Positions 23,062 to 33,512 of a stretch of DNA of 64,000 nt are shown piece by piece. Under the pieces are notes generated by a model that did no database searches, was not told the origin of the DNA, and saw only the letters and a program-made list of their open reading frames with translations. A program made the position numbers and the translations under genes. This DNA comes from an uncultured Acidimicrobiales bacterium. GTDB taxonomy: Bacteria > Actinomycetota > Acidimicrobiia > Acidimicrobiales > SZUA-35. Positions within the stretch are counted from its first letter, which is position 1. Each line of letters starts with the position of its first letter. Location of the stretch: NCBI GenBank assembly GCA_963723995.1, contig CAVRSZ010000005.1, positions 683 through 64,682 on the forward strand, in the 5' to 3' direction.

Positions 23062-24105
23062 GTGCGTATCGGGTTCGTCGTCAACAACATCAAGACCGAG
23101 GAGACAGGCTACACGACGACTCGTCTCGGTGTGGCGGCAACGAACCGCGGTCACGAAGCATGGGCCATCAATGTCGGCGATCTTGCCTACGACCCCGACG
23201 AGTTCGTGCGGGCCACAGCGTATCGAGTGCCCAAGAAGCGGTACAAGGACGGTGTCGGATACATCAGGGATCTTCACAGTCGCAGCGTGATCAAGGAACG
23301 GGTGACCGTTGACGAATTGGACGTGCTGTTTCTGCGGAACGTGCCCTCCGACGAGAAGGGCAGACGGGAATGGGCGAAGACCGCCGCGCTTGACTTCGGT
23401 CGAGTGGCGATGCGCCACGGGGTGATCGTGCTGAACGACCCCAACGGCCTGGCCAAGGCACAGAACAAGATGTACTTCCAGTTGTTCCCCGAGGAGGTCA
23501 GGCCCGCGACGCTCATCAGCAGAGACCACTCCCTCATCCGTGATTTCGTCAACGACCAGGGCCGCGCCGTTCTCAAACCGCTCCATGGCTCGGGAGGCGA
23601 GAACGTGTTTCTCGTCCGAGCCGACGACCAGGCGAACCTGAACCAGATCATCGACGCAGTGGCCCGAGACGGGTACATCATCGCTCAGGAATACCTCACC
23701 AGGGCCGAGGAGGGCGACACCCGACTCTTCCTCATGAACGGCTTGCCCCTCCGCCACAAGGGACGCTTCGCCGCCTTCCGCCGAGTTCGCTCGGGCGGCG
23801 ACATGCGATCGAACATCCACGCCGGCGGAAGCTTGGCACGGGCCAGGTTGACCGACGACGACTTCCGCCTGGCCGAGATCGTTCGACCCAAACTCGTCCA
23901 GGACGGCATGTTCCTCGTCGGCATCGACATCGTCGGCCACAAGCTCATGGAAATCAACGTCTTCAGCCCCGGCGGGCTGGGATCGGCCCAGAAGCTCGAG
24001 GGCGTCAACTTCACCGAGGCGGTGATCGACAGCCTCGAGCGGAAGGTCCGCTACATGGGCTTCTACCAGCGCAACTTCAACAACATCGAGATGGCAACCC
24101 TGTAG
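23062..24105 (+). CDS. glutathione-synthetase-like ATP-grasp ligase
   Basis: VLKPLHGSGG, AQEYL, RSNIHAGG, EINVFSPGG; GGAGG RBS before the GTG. Confidence 0.88.
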   Translation: MRIGFVVNNIKTEETGYTTTRLGVAATNRGHEAWAINVGDLAYDPDEFVRATAYRVPKKRYKDGVGYIRDLHSRSVIKERVTVDELDVLFLRNVPSDEKGRREWAKTAALDFGRVAMRHGVIVLNDPNGLAKAQNKMYFQLFPEEVRPATLISRDHSLIRDFVNDQGRAVLKPLHGSGGENVFLVRADDQANLNQIIDAVARDGYIIAQEYLTRAEEGDTRLFLMNGLPLRHKGRFAAFRRVRSGGDMRSNIHAGGSLARARLTDDDFRLAEIVRPKLVQDGMFLVGIDIVGHKLMEINVFSPGGLGSAQKLEGVNFTEAVIDSLERKVRYMGFYQRNFNNIEMATL

Positions 24106-24347
24106 GCTCCCCGGCCTGGGCGACGGCGAGCCGATCGGCCGGCAGATCTGACGTCACACACACACGAACCCGACGCGGCTTGTTTCCGAACTGGCCAAGA
24201 CCACGTGAGCGAAGACCGGGGCGACCACTGCTGTGTTGCCGGCCGAGCTTGATCTCCCGGGGCCTTCCGCATGCCGTGACCTTCGCCTCTACCCGATCAG
24301 GCATCTTTCGACGACAGTGAGAGGCAGGTCCGGACGGGAGGTGTGAG

Positions 24348-25073
24348 ATGAGGTACTTCAAAGAACCGGCGCAACGAATCGGCTGGTTGTTCGTGCTGGC
24401 CACGGCGGCAGGCGTGTTGAGCGTTGTGGTGATGTCGTCAACCCTCGGAGACGACGATCTGCTCTCGGCGGTGTATTCCAATCAAGGTTCGATGATCGCC
24501 GGCGAGATGCTGATCTTCGTGATGTTGGCAGCAATGGTCGGCACGGCCGTTCTACTCTTTCCCGTCCTCAGGGCTGACAGTGAAACACTGGCGCTGGGCT
24601 ATGTGCTGGCCAGAACACTCGAAGTGGTGGTCCTCGCTGTCGGGCTGGTCGCCGGGCTTCTGTTGGTGCCACTCAGCTGGGATTTCGCAGCGTCCGACGG
24701 CGCAGACATGGCAGGGGCCTCAGTGCTGGCAGAATCACTCAAGCAAGCCAGTGATTGGACGGGCTATCTGGGCGCCCAGATGATCTTCAGCCTCTCTGCG
24801 CTGGTGCTGAATTGGGCATTCTTCCGAAACGGGCTGATCCCCCGCTGGCTGTCGTTGTGGGGCTTGATCGGTGTGCCACTGATGTTCGCATCCGGTCTCC
24901 TGGTGATGTTCGAATCACTCGACTCGAATGCATCAACGCTGAACCTGCTGGTCGTACCCCTCGCCGTTCAGGAGATGGCCATGGCCCTCTGGCTGATCGT
25001 GAAGGGATTCAGCGACGTCACCACGGACGAACCGGCACCCATGGCACGTCGCCAGCCGGCTGCCGCACGATGA
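24348..25073 (+). CDS. DUF4386-family membrane protein
   Basis: ALGYVLARTLE, LIPRWLSLWGLIG, QEMAMALWLIVKGF. Confidence 0.85.
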   Translation: MRYFKEPAQRIGWLFVLATAAGVLSVVVMSSTLGDDDLLSAVYSNQGSMIAGEMLIFVMLAAMVGTAVLLFPVLRADSETLALGYVLARTLEVVVLAVGLVAGLLLVPLSWDFAASDGADMAGASVLAESLKQASDWTGYLGAQMIFSLSALVLNWAFFRNGLIPRWLSLWGLIGVPLMFASGLLVMFESLDSNASTLNLLVVPLAVQEMAMALWLIVKGFSDVTTDEPAPMARRQPAAAR

Positions 25074-25177
25074 CGGCGGCGAATCGCCACGTCACGAGAC
25101 AGGACAATCACTGGGCGCCGGCCAATCCCAGTCGGTTCACACCACCTGAGTTCGGCCCGCTTCGGGGCATCGATCAT
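25070..25177 (-). pseudogene. N-terminal remnant of a MazF/PemK toxin
   Basis: PKRAELRWCEPTGIGRRPVIVLSRDVAIRR resembles actinobacterial MazF N-termini; similarity ends at the DUF4386 stop. Confidence 0.75.
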
Positions 25178-25230
25178 GATCAGGTTCCCGCCCTCGGTTC
25201 CGACCTCCCGACACGTTGGAGCAGGATTGT

Positions 25231-26772
25231 CTACGGCGTCTTGCGGGCGAAGACGATGTCCTGACGGTTGTTGGGGTCGACGAACAGACCGGGCGCTTGT
25301 GGGAAGTCCACCGCCAGGCCGAGGTTGTTGGCCACGGTGAACGCCGCCACGAAGTCGTCGCCGGCGGTGTCGAGCCCGACGTAGTCACCGGGGAAGTAAC
25401 CCCGCGGCCCCGTAAGGACCATCTGACGCATGTCAAACGAGTCGTGGGTCAGGCGTTGCTCACCCATCGGCTCTAGGCTTCCATCGAAAAGCGCAAGATG
25501 GACGTCGGTGCTCAACTCGACATCGCCCGAGACAAAGTTGCGGAAGTCGTAGTACAGGACCCCGACGGTGCCGTCGTCGTTGACGGACACGGCCGGGAGG
25601 AACGACTGCACGAGTTCGCTCTGGGAGCTCACCCGGATCGGGGTCGACCAGGTGAACCCGCCGTCTCCTGATCGGGACACGACCACCTCCACCAGACCCT
25701 CGCTGTTTGCCTGCTGCCACGTCATGTACAGCGCGCCGGTCGAGTCATCGACGGCGATGTCGGGAATCTGACTGGCATCACGTACCGGGATTCCGAACTC
25801 GGGGTCGAAGGCGCCGGCGGGAACGAACTCGTCGACCGCGATGTCCATGCGATCCCAGTGCTTGCCACTGTCGGAGGACCGGAACAGCGCCTGTTCGAAG
25901 GTGACCACCACGTTCCTCTGATCGAACAGGATGCGGTAGAAGGCGTTCACCAGCGTCCCGTCCGGCAGCACCACGATCTGGGCACCCTGGCGGAAGAAGG
26001 CCACCTCGGCCGGGCTCACCGTCCCGAACGTGGCGATCGGGATGGGCGGACCCCACCTCTCGCCGCCGTTGGTCGAGCGGGCCACGACCAGCGACGTGAC
26101 CCCGTTGCGGAACAGCGTCCAGGTGGCGTACACGAGGTCGGGATCGAACGGATCGGCGGTGATCGAGTTCTTGTCGTTGAACAGCGACGCACCCACCGCG
26201 TCCTTTCCGGGATGGGCCTTGATGATCTGTGGCTCGGTCCAGGTGGCGCCGCCATCGCTGGAGCGGGCGACCGCCATGCCGTTGCGGTTGGGGGTGTTGT
26301 CGGCAACCAGCGCCATGTAGTGGGCCGTTCCGTCGGGGCCGAAGCTGACCCACGGATCGGAGGCCCGGCCATAGTCACCGGCCGAGCCCGGCAAGGCGCC
26401 GGAGCACCGCGTGAACGGGATACTGACCGGGTTCCACGTCATACCACCATCCTGCGTGTAGGCGGCACCGAGGCCCTGGGCCGCGCCGGTGCTCCACCGG
26501 TCTTGGTGCCAGGCGGCGATCATGTTGTCCGGGTTGGTGGGGTTGACCGCCAGATACGGCTCCGTTTCGCTGTTGCGATACAGCACACCGGTCTGCGGCT
26601 CACCATTGCATTCAGTGACCGCAACCGGGTCGTTGACGTTGCCACCGTCCGGATAGGGACTCACATCGCTGATCCGGTTCCCGCCGGCTGCTCCGGCGGA
26701 GGTTGCAGCTGTGACGAGTGCCAAGACTGCGACGAGAACGACAGTCGCCTTGCGACCCCAATGCCTTGCCAT
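25231..26772 (-). CDS. secreted BNR/Asp-box (sialidase-like) protein
   Basis: Signal peptide; repeated SxDGGxTW motifs; GDYVGL. Confidence 0.85.
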   Translation of the reverse strand: MARHWGRKATVVLVAVLALVTAATSAGAAGGNRISDVSPYPDGGNVNDPVAVTECNGEPQTGVLYRNSETEPYLAVNPTNPDNMIAAWHQDRWSTGAAQGLGAAYTQDGGMTWNPVSIPFTRCSGALPGSAGDYGRASDPWVSFGPDGTAHYMALVADNTPNRNGMAVARSSDGGATWTEPQIIKAHPGKDAVGASLFNDKNSITADPFDPDLVYATWTLFRNGVTSLVVARSTNGGERWGPPIPIATFGTVSPAEVAFFRQGAQIVVLPDGTLVNAFYRILFDQRNVVVTFEQALFRSSDSGKHWDRMDIAVDEFVPAGAFDPEFGIPVRDASQIPDIAVDDSTGALYMTWQQANSEGLVEVVVSRSGDGGFTWSTPIRVSSQSELVQSFLPAVSVNDDGTVGVLYYDFRNFVSGDVELSTDVHLALFDGSLEPMGEQRLTHDSFDMRQMVLTGPRGYFPGDYVGLDTAGDDFVAAFTVANNLGLAVDFPQAPGLFVDPNNRQDIVFARKTP

Positions 26773-27205
26773 GACGAACCTCACTCGCTTCCGCCACCCG
26801 CACCAGTCAAGGATTCCACTCCGTTGGGCGGATGTCCAGGAGGAATCCGTCAAGACCGGCCATATCGCTGTGTATGGGCCACGACTTGACGACCTGGATC
26901 GTGCGTGACGCAGACGCACTCGTTTCCTTGCCGGCTGACAGAACCCCAGGCGGAATGGCAGTCGATGGAACGGTTCGAACCGGCGAAAATCACGCCGTCG
27001 GTCGTCACCGCTCAAACCGACTGCTCGACGGTGAAACCGGGACTATGGAAAGCTTTGGTCATGACTGCAGACCTCGATCGGGCCTTCGCATCGATATGAC
27101 CACCATGGTCGAGACCGGTCCGACAACATCAGCTGGTTCCAGGGCCCGGAGGATCAAGCGGCCATGGGCCGACTCCGCGCCGACCTCGGTCGGTGAGATG
27201 GCCCG

Positions 27206-28291
27206 ATGAGAGTCCAGGCCCAACCCCTGCGTCGAGTGGTGTCGGCGGTATTCGAGGCCGCCGGCTGTTCCCCGGAGGAGGCCGGCGCCATCGCCGATGA
27301 TCTGGTGACGGCGAACCTTCTGGGCCATGACAGCCATGGGGTGGTCAGGACGCTGCGCTACCTCAACGCCATGCAGGCCGGGACGGTGGTGGCAGGCGGT
27401 GAACTGGAGACGGTACTCGACGGTGGAGCGTTCGCCATCGTCGACGGTCACCACGGATTCGGCCAGACGGTCGGCCCGGCAGCCTGCCGATTGGGAATCG
27501 ACAAAGCCCGGGCCCACGGCGTGGCGGTGATCGGGCTTCGACGGTCGGGGCATCTCGGGCGGATCGGCCGGTTCGCCCAGATGGCGGCCGAAGCCGACCA
27601 GGTGTCGATCCACTTCGTCAACGTGGCCGCCAGCACCCTGGTCGCTCCTTATGGAGCCATCGATCGCCGGATGGGGACCAACCCGGTCAGTATCGGGATG
27701 CCCGTCGCCGACCACCCGCCCCTGATCCTCGACTTCGCCACCTCGGTGGTGGCCGAGGGCAAGGCGCTGGTGGCGCTCAACGGGGGCAAGCCGGTCCCAC
27801 CCGACGCCCTGATCACCGCCGACGGCGAGCTGACCGACGACCCGTCGGTGCTGTACGGGCCGGTGGTGCCCGGCCAGGCCCCCCGCCCCCACCGGGGCAG
27901 CGGCGCCCTTCGGGCCATGGGCGATCACAAAGGGTCGGGCCTGGCCCTGATGTGCGAACTGCTGGCCGGTGCTCTCATCGGGTCGGGGACGGCCGGTCCG
28001 CCACCTCAACACCCTGGCAACGGCATGCTGTCGATCTACCTGGACCCGGATCAGGTCGCCCCCGACAACCGGGCCGGGATCGACGTAGTGACCTACCTCG
28101 ACTGGTTCACCACCGCCAAACCGGCGTCGCCGGACGGTGAGGTCCTGGTACCGGGAGAACCGGAACGGCGGCGCCGGACCGAGCGGGAGGTGGAGGGCAT
28201 CGAGCTGACGGAAGCAACCTGGGTCTCGATCCTCGATGCGGCCTTATCGGTCGGGCTGTCGACCGATCACGTCAACCGGCTCCTCGGTTGA
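27206..28291 (+). CDS. Ldh_2 family (malate/lactate/ureidoglycolate) dehydrogenase
   Basis: GHDSHG, DGHHGFGQ, GTNP, DFATS, HKGSGL. Confidence 0.92.
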   Translation: MRVQAQPLRRVVSAVFEAAGCSPEEAGAIADDLVTANLLGHDSHGVVRTLRYLNAMQAGTVVAGGELETVLDGGAFAIVDGHHGFGQTVGPAACRLGIDKARAHGVAVIGLRRSGHLGRIGRFAQMAAEADQVSIHFVNVAASTLVAPYGAIDRRMGTNPVSIGMPVADHPPLILDFATSVVAEGKALVALNGGKPVPPDALITADGELTDDPSVLYGPVVPGQAPRPHRGSGALRAMGDHKGSGLALMCELLAGALIGSGTAGPPPQHPGNGMLSIYLDPDQVAPDNRAGIDVVTYLDWFTTAKPASPDGEVLVPGEPERRRRTEREVEGIELTEATWVSILDAALSVGLSTDHVNRLLG

Positions 28292-28459
28292 CGGCAGCTT
28301 CCACCGACCAGGCGCTCGCCACCCTTGCCCCTCTGAAAGCAGTGCCCGACCGCCCAGTCGGTCCCCAGCAGCCTCACAGGTGACGAGTGTCTCGGATCAA
28401 AGGTGTGTTCAGGACCTTCGCCTCATCTGGCCGAGCACAAGTCCCTTTACAATGAAAGG

Positions 28460-28615
28460 GCCAGCCGGGGTTACGGCGATGCGGACCGGCGCTTGCGCTG
28501 GCTAGAGGTTCGACTCCTCCCGATGGCACGGGAACCGTGTCCAGTCGCGACGGCGACGGGGTTTTCTCCTGATGAGATTCCAGCGGACGGTGGGACGCGA
28601 ACCCACACCGTCGGG
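28460..28615 (+). ncRNA. candidate structured RNA with a tRNA-like T-arm
   Basis: TACAAT -10 at 28448-28453; GAGG-TTCGACT-CCTC T-loop; several hairpins; no plausible ORF. Confidence 0.4.
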
Positions 28616-28635
28616 TTTGGTTGATTGGGGAGCGG

Positions 28636-29403
28636 TTACCTCGCGCCGGTGTCGGGGCGGGCTCTCGACAGTCCCAGAGCCAGCCACAGACCGGCCCCCA
28701 GTTCGAAGGGCAGGCCGGGAAGGAAGACCCACAGCGGCACCGCCGTGCCCATCATCTCCACGACCGTGCCCACGAGGGCCAGGGGAGCGGCGATGAGGCC
28801 CAGCCCGATCAGGGGCCAGGGCAACACTCGGGCCTGGGCCACCAGCACGTAGAAAATGGTGGCGCCGACGGCGTACAGCATCATATGGAGCGAGTAGGCG
28901 AAGTTCTGCGATTGGTAGAGCAAGGTGGCCTGGTCAACCATGGCGTCGACCGTGCCGTTGCCGACGGCGTCGTGACTGGTCCACCACAGGCCATAGACCA
29001 CGGTTTCCCGCACGGCCAACATGGCGACCTCGACCAGGTACAGGGCCAAGGCAACAAGGGCCATGATGGGACCCCGGTGCCGCACCACCGTATAGAGGAG
29101 AACCCCCAGCGCCACAACTCCGACGGCAGTCACCATCTCTCCCACGATGCTGGCCCGCGTCTGCCATTCATTGGCCGCCAAATCGGCCATGGCCCCCGCC
29201 ATGTCGTCGGGGGGCGACGAGGCCAACAGGTCAATCGGGGCCAGCAACAAGCCGCTGACGGCCGACGCAATGGCCTGGAGCAGGAAGGCTGCGCCCAGCC
29301 AACGGAGGATCCGGGAATCGAGGAAATCAGAAGCTCCCACGCCCGCCTCGGATCGGACGTTTCGGCGACCCGCTGTTGTGCGGGTCATGAAGTCGGTGGA
29401 CAT
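28636..29403 (-). CDS. DUF4386-family membrane protein
   Basis: Multi-TM protein; C-terminal LPFELGAGLWL; layout like 24348-25073. Confidence 0.75.
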   Translation of the reverse strand: MSTDFMTRTTAGRRNVRSEAGVGASDFLDSRILRWLGAAFLLQAIASAVSGLLLAPIDLLASSPPDDMAGAMADLAANEWQTRASIVGEMVTAVGVVALGVLLYTVVRHRGPIMALVALALYLVEVAMLAVRETVVYGLWWTSHDAVGNGTVDAMVDQATLLYQSQNFAYSLHMMLYAVGATIFYVLVAQARVLPWPLIGLGLIAAPLALVGTVVEMMGTAVPLWVFLPGLPFELGAGLWLALGLSRARPDTGAR

Positions 29404-29663
29404 CGGTTTCCCCTTTCGATACGTGGAGTCGACAAGGTGCCGGACCCGTTCGACCGCAGCAGAAGTGCCGACGACGATGGGTGGCCGCCTGCCGTCAGCG
29501 TAAACGATGGCCGCCCGGTGGATTAGAGGCCGAGGTCCCTCGGTGCCCCGGCTTGCGACGTGACGTCCCGCAGGGGCGAACGGCCTACTGAACGGCCGGT
29601 TCTACCGGTCGATCGGTTCAGGGCTTGCGGTTGGGCTTCGTCGCTGCGACGGCACCCTCATGG

Positions 29664-32600
29664 TCATCGTCTCGAAGGTGCCACGTAGGGGTGTTCGACA
29701 TCGGCCCCCTCGACCTGCCAAACCTCATGACCCCATCGGTCGAAAACCAGGAACTGATCGGGTCCGGGATCCTTGCTGTCACCACGATGAATGATGTAGG
29801 CGAGCTGGTCTGCACCGTCCACAAGGTCCACCCGGAACTCGGCGCCGAAGCTGTCGAAGCCGTCGGGGCGGACGGGGTTGGGCCAGTCGGTGGGAGTGGC
29901 CGAACCGGTCCAGGTGTGCAGGCCCCAGAAGTCGTTGAAATCGGAGCTGGTGGGGTCGCCGTAGTCCCCGCCGGGCCGGTGGTAGTGAATGGTGGCCACA
30001 TCTTCGGCCCCACCCCGTGACGGGTACAGCACCTGCTCGCCCGGCTGGAGCCAGGCGGCGGGGATGTCGGTGGGGGTGAAGGACTGGTCGACCACCCCGG
30101 GTGCTCCACCAACGCTGACGCTCACCGTGACCGGGGCCGACAGGTCGGCCGGGGTCAGGTTCCACACCGCGCCGTAGTCGTCGGTTGCGTCCGGGGGTGC
30201 ATCGGTCACCAGCGGGCCGGCGTCGGTGGCGGCGTCGAGGGTGACCCCCGAGCAGGGGCCGCAGGCGTAGTGCACCGAGGCGAAGCCTTGGGCCTCGGCC
30301 CGGGACGGGTAGACGGTCCCGTCGTCCTGCTTGAGCCAGATATCCGGCGTGTCGCCGGGCACGAAGCTCCGGTCGGGGCTGTTGTCCGGGTCCTTGGTGT
30401 CGCCCCGGTGCACGATGAAGTTCACCGGCAGGGTGTCGTCGGCCAGCTCAACCCAGGCGAACCGGCCATAGTCGTCCTCACCGAGGAACGGTTTCGGGCT
30501 CTGCCACTCGGTGACCTCACTCGGGGCGATGGCGTCGCCCCACAGGTGCAGGCCCCAGAAGTCGTTGAAGTCGCCGGCGGTGTGGTCGCCGTAGTCGCCG
30601 GCCGGTCGCTGGTAGTGCACGACGGCGTAGGGGGTCTCGGGACCGGTCGGCTCCGGGAACTCCACCTTGACGTTCACGACCTCGGCCGCAGCCAGGTTCC
30701 CGGAGAGATCGTTGACGATGGCCCGGAACGACAGGGGCACGCCCTCGGTCCCTTCGAGATGACCGGCGTCATAGAACACCCGGTAGGGCGCGTTGTCGTC
30801 GGTGCCGATCGGCTCGTAGTCGCCGTCGCCGACCCGGACGGCGAACGTGACCTCGGCCATCTGGTCGGTGTCGAGCTCGGCTGCAACCTCGATGCGCTCC
30901 CGAACCCGGTGCCCGTCCCAGGAGTTGGTGCCCAGGGGAACCGTCTGGCCATGGTCGAGGCTCGTGATCTCGATGCCGGGGGCCGCCGCGCTGGCCGGAA
31001 CCGGCCGCTTGGCCCGGTAGATCACCACCCCGAGGGCTGGGGCTGTGACCTCCAGGCTGCCGTCGGCGGCCGTGGTGAGCATCTCGGCTGCGCTCTTCTT
31101 CGGGATCAGCTTGTCCGATACCAACTGGTACTTGACGCCCCCGGGCGAGAACGTGGGAACTCTGGCGGTGGCGGCGGACTCGCTGTTGTTGAGAGCAACG
31201 ACGTATTCGATCCGCTCGTCGCGATCGACACGGCTGAAGGCATAGATCCCCGGGCCATCGGTGCTGTAGCGGTGGATCTGAGCGCCGGTGCGGAGCGCCT
31301 CATGCTTGTCGTAGAGCTTGCCGAGCTCTCGAATGTACCGGTAGATCGGGTGGCGCCGGTCGAAGTTGTCGTCGCTGGTGGTGGCGTCGGTGCCGATCAG
31401 GTCGTTGTCCTCGTACACCGGCACGGCGTTGGCGAACATGTCCTCGCGAGCGTCCTTGTCGCCGCCGTCGCCGGTGAATCCCTGCTCGTCGCCGTAGTAG
31501 ATCACCGGCTGGCCCCGCGAGAAGTACATCAGGGCGTGGCCGAGCTGGGAGCGGGCCACCAGCTCCTCGTCGCTCGCCCCCACCTGGTCCTGACGCTGGA
31601 GGAAGTGCCCGATCCGGCCCATGTCGTGGTTGCCGAGGAAGGTGGGCATGGCGTAGGCGTTGGAGTCGACGTCGGTGTAGTGGTCGTCGCCCTCGAAGAA
31701 CGATCGCAGGGAGTCAGTGGACTCGCTGCGGGAGGCGAAGTCACGGGCCGCCATCTGGAAGGCGAAGTCGATCGTCGACTGGAGCTCCCCGGTAGTGGAG
31801 AAGTACGAAAGGAACGGTGGGCCGAACTGCTGGTCGAACACCTCCCCGAAGGCGAAGAAGTCATCGATCCCCTCGGCCTCGGCGGCGGCCAGGATGTCCG
31901 GACCGAATTTCTGCCAGAACTCGATGTTGACGTGCTTGGTCGTGTCGATGCGGAAGCCGTCGACCTCGAATTCCTCGATCCAGAACGAGAAGATGTCGAT
32001 CATGCCCTCGACCACCTCACGCCGCTCGGTCCACAGGTCGTCGAGACCGAAGAAGTCGCCGTACAGCGAGTTCTCGCCGACGAAGCTCGAGTCGCCCCGG
32101 TTGTGGTAGAGCAGCGGGTCGTTGAGCCACAACGGGTTCTTGGCACTCTCCTCGCCCGGCGGCACCACCGGCAGGTAGGGGAACGAGGTCGGATCGACGG
32201 CCGGGAACGTGTAGTCGGGTTGTCCCGAGTAGGCGAGCTCGGAGTCGTCGAACGGCTGATCGCCGGAGTCCAGGTAGGGGAAGTCGGTCTTGTTGCGGTA
32301 GCCTGCGTTGCCTTCGAGCTGGATCACGTCGGCCGTGTGGTTGGTGACGACGTCCATGAACACCTTGATGCCCCGCTCGTGGGCATCGTCGACCAGGCGC
32401 GCAAACTGCTGGTTGGTGCCCAGATGGGGGTCGACCTGCAGGAAGTCGAGGATCCAGTAGCCGTGGTAGCCGGCCGACCGGCCGTACAGATTGGTCGAGT
32501 CGGGTTGGACCGTCTTGTTCTCGAAGATCGGACCCACCCAGATGGTGCTCACTCCGAGGTTCTGCAGGTACGGCAGTTTCCGCCGCAGACCCTCGAGGTC

Positions 32601-33512
32601 GCCGCCGTGATAGTAGCCCTTGTCGCTGGGCAGGTAGCCGTGGGTGAGGACGTTCTCCTCGGTGTCGTCGACCACGCACCGGCCGTCGTACTCACCGCAG
32701 TTGTTGGCCTGCCGGCCGTCGTTGAAGCGGTCGGGGATGGCGAAATAGAGAATCTCGTCGGCAAAGGGGTGACGAACCGGCTCCCGCACCAGCGCCGCGT
32801 CGTCGACCGGCGTAACCGGCGCCACGTCGATCGTGAGCACGTGGGAGGCCAGGTCGTAGGAGAAGGTGACGACATCCCCGAAGTTCTCGACCGTGAACAG
32901 GATGTTCGGCCCGTCGGCCACGCCGCCGGCCCCATAGTTTTCGTCCCACGCCTCGTCGATGGCCACCTTGGCCTGGTAGTCGCCCGGCGGCAGCAGCGAC
33001 GACGAGAAGCGGCCCACCCCGTCGCCGTCGGGGTCCTGGAGCCAGCTCCGCAGACAGCCCGGATCCCAGTCCGAGCCGCAGCCAAGTTCGCTCTGGAAGT
33101 CCCCGGGAACGGTGGCGATGACCGAATTGACGTCGTCGGTGATCCAGTGGGTCCCGTCGTCGTAGTAGAACTTGACATCGGCCGGCGCGGCCAGCGACAA
33201 GGGGATGTTGGGACCGTCGCGCACGGCGCCGAGCCCGTAGTTCTCGTCCCAGGAGTCGTTCAGCGGGGCCTTGTACTCCCAGGCGCCGGCCGGCACGGCG
33301 AACGTGCCCTGCCACACGTTGTCCTCGCTGTCGAGGGTCAGATCGGTGAGGTCGCAGTCGGGCATCCAGTCGCCGGGGCAGCCCAGCTCCGACTGGAGGC
33401 TGCCGGCGATGGTGACCGATACCGGGTTGGCCCCGGCCGGTCCACTGGCCACGAAGCCGGCTGCGAGCAGCCCGACCACTGCGCCGAGTACTAAGAACCG
33501 CCGTAGAACCAC
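29664..33512 (-). CDS. secreted GH13 alpha-amylase/amylopullulanase with X25 and CBM41-type domains
   Basis: PDRFNDG, GYHGYW, DGFRIDT, FLGNHD; two SELGC..DW modules; two HY.RP.GDY...WGLH.W modules. Confidence 0.93.
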   Translation of the reverse strand: MVLRRFLVLGAVVGLLAAGFVASGPAGANPVSVTIAGSLQSELGCPGDWMPDCDLTDLTLDSEDNVWQGTFAVPAGAWEYKAPLNDSWDENYGLGAVRDGPNIPLSLAAPADVKFYYDDGTHWITDDVNSVIATVPGDFQSELGCGSDWDPGCLRSWLQDPDGDGVGRFSSSLLPPGDYQAKVAIDEAWDENYGAGGVADGPNILFTVENFGDVVTFSYDLASHVLTIDVAPVTPVDDAALVREPVRHPFADEILYFAIPDRFNDGRQANNCGEYDGRCVVDDTEENVLTHGYLPSDKGYYHGGDLEGLRRKLPYLQNLGVSTIWVGPIFENKTVQPDSTNLYGRSAGYHGYWILDFLQVDPHLGTNQQFARLVDDAHERGIKVFMDVVTNHTADVIQLEGNAGYRNKTDFPYLDSGDQPFDDSELAYSGQPDYTFPAVDPTSFPYLPVVPPGEESAKNPLWLNDPLLYHNRGDSSFVGENSLYGDFFGLDDLWTERREVVEGMIDIFSFWIEEFEVDGFRIDTTKHVNIEFWQKFGPDILAAAEAEGIDDFFAFGEVFDQQFGPPFLSYFSTTGELQSTIDFAFQMAARDFASRSESTDSLRSFFEGDDHYTDVDSNAYAMPTFLGNHDMGRIGHFLQRQDQVGASDEELVARSQLGHALMYFSRGQPVIYYGDEQGFTGDGGDKDAREDMFANAVPVYEDNDLIGTDATTSDDNFDRRHPIYRYIRELGKLYDKHEALRTGAQIHRYSTDGPGIYAFSRVDRDERIEYVVALNNSESAATARVPTFSPGGVKYQLVSDKLIPKKSAAEMLTTAADGSLEVTAPALGVVIYRAKRPVPASAAAPGIEITSLDHGQTVPLGTNSWDGHRVRERIEVAAELDTDQMAEVTFAVRVGDGDYEPIGTDDNAPYRVFYDAGHLEGTEGVPLSFRAIVNDLSGNLAAAEVVNVKVEFPEPTGPETPYAVVHYQRPAGDYGDHTAGDFNDFWGLHLWGDAIAPSEVTEWQSPKPFLGEDDYGRFAWVELADDTLPVNFIVHRGDTKDPDNSPDRSFVPGDTPDIWLKQDDGTVYPSRAEAQGFASVHYACGPCSGVTLDAATDAGPLVTDAPPDATDDYGAVWNLTPADLSAPVTVSVSVGGAPGVVDQSFTPTDIPAAWLQPGEQVLYPSRGGAEDVATIHYHRPGGDYGDPTSSDFNDFWGLHTWTGSATPTDWPNPVRPDGFDSFGAEFRVDLVDGADQLAYIIHRGDSKDPGPDQFLVFDRWGHEVWQVEGADVEHPYVAPSRR

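Noticed and set aside
26905..27099. Possible PIN-toxin C-terminal remnant
   Set aside because: Only a few residues are suggestive; not supportable
28470..28580. Fluoride or cobalamin riboswitch
   Set aside because: GGCGATG and CTGATGA are present but lack the required pairing and spacing; no downstream gene on that strand
30270..33494. 1074-aa plus-strand ORF
   Set aside because: Antisense shadow of the amylopullulanase gene; no motifs
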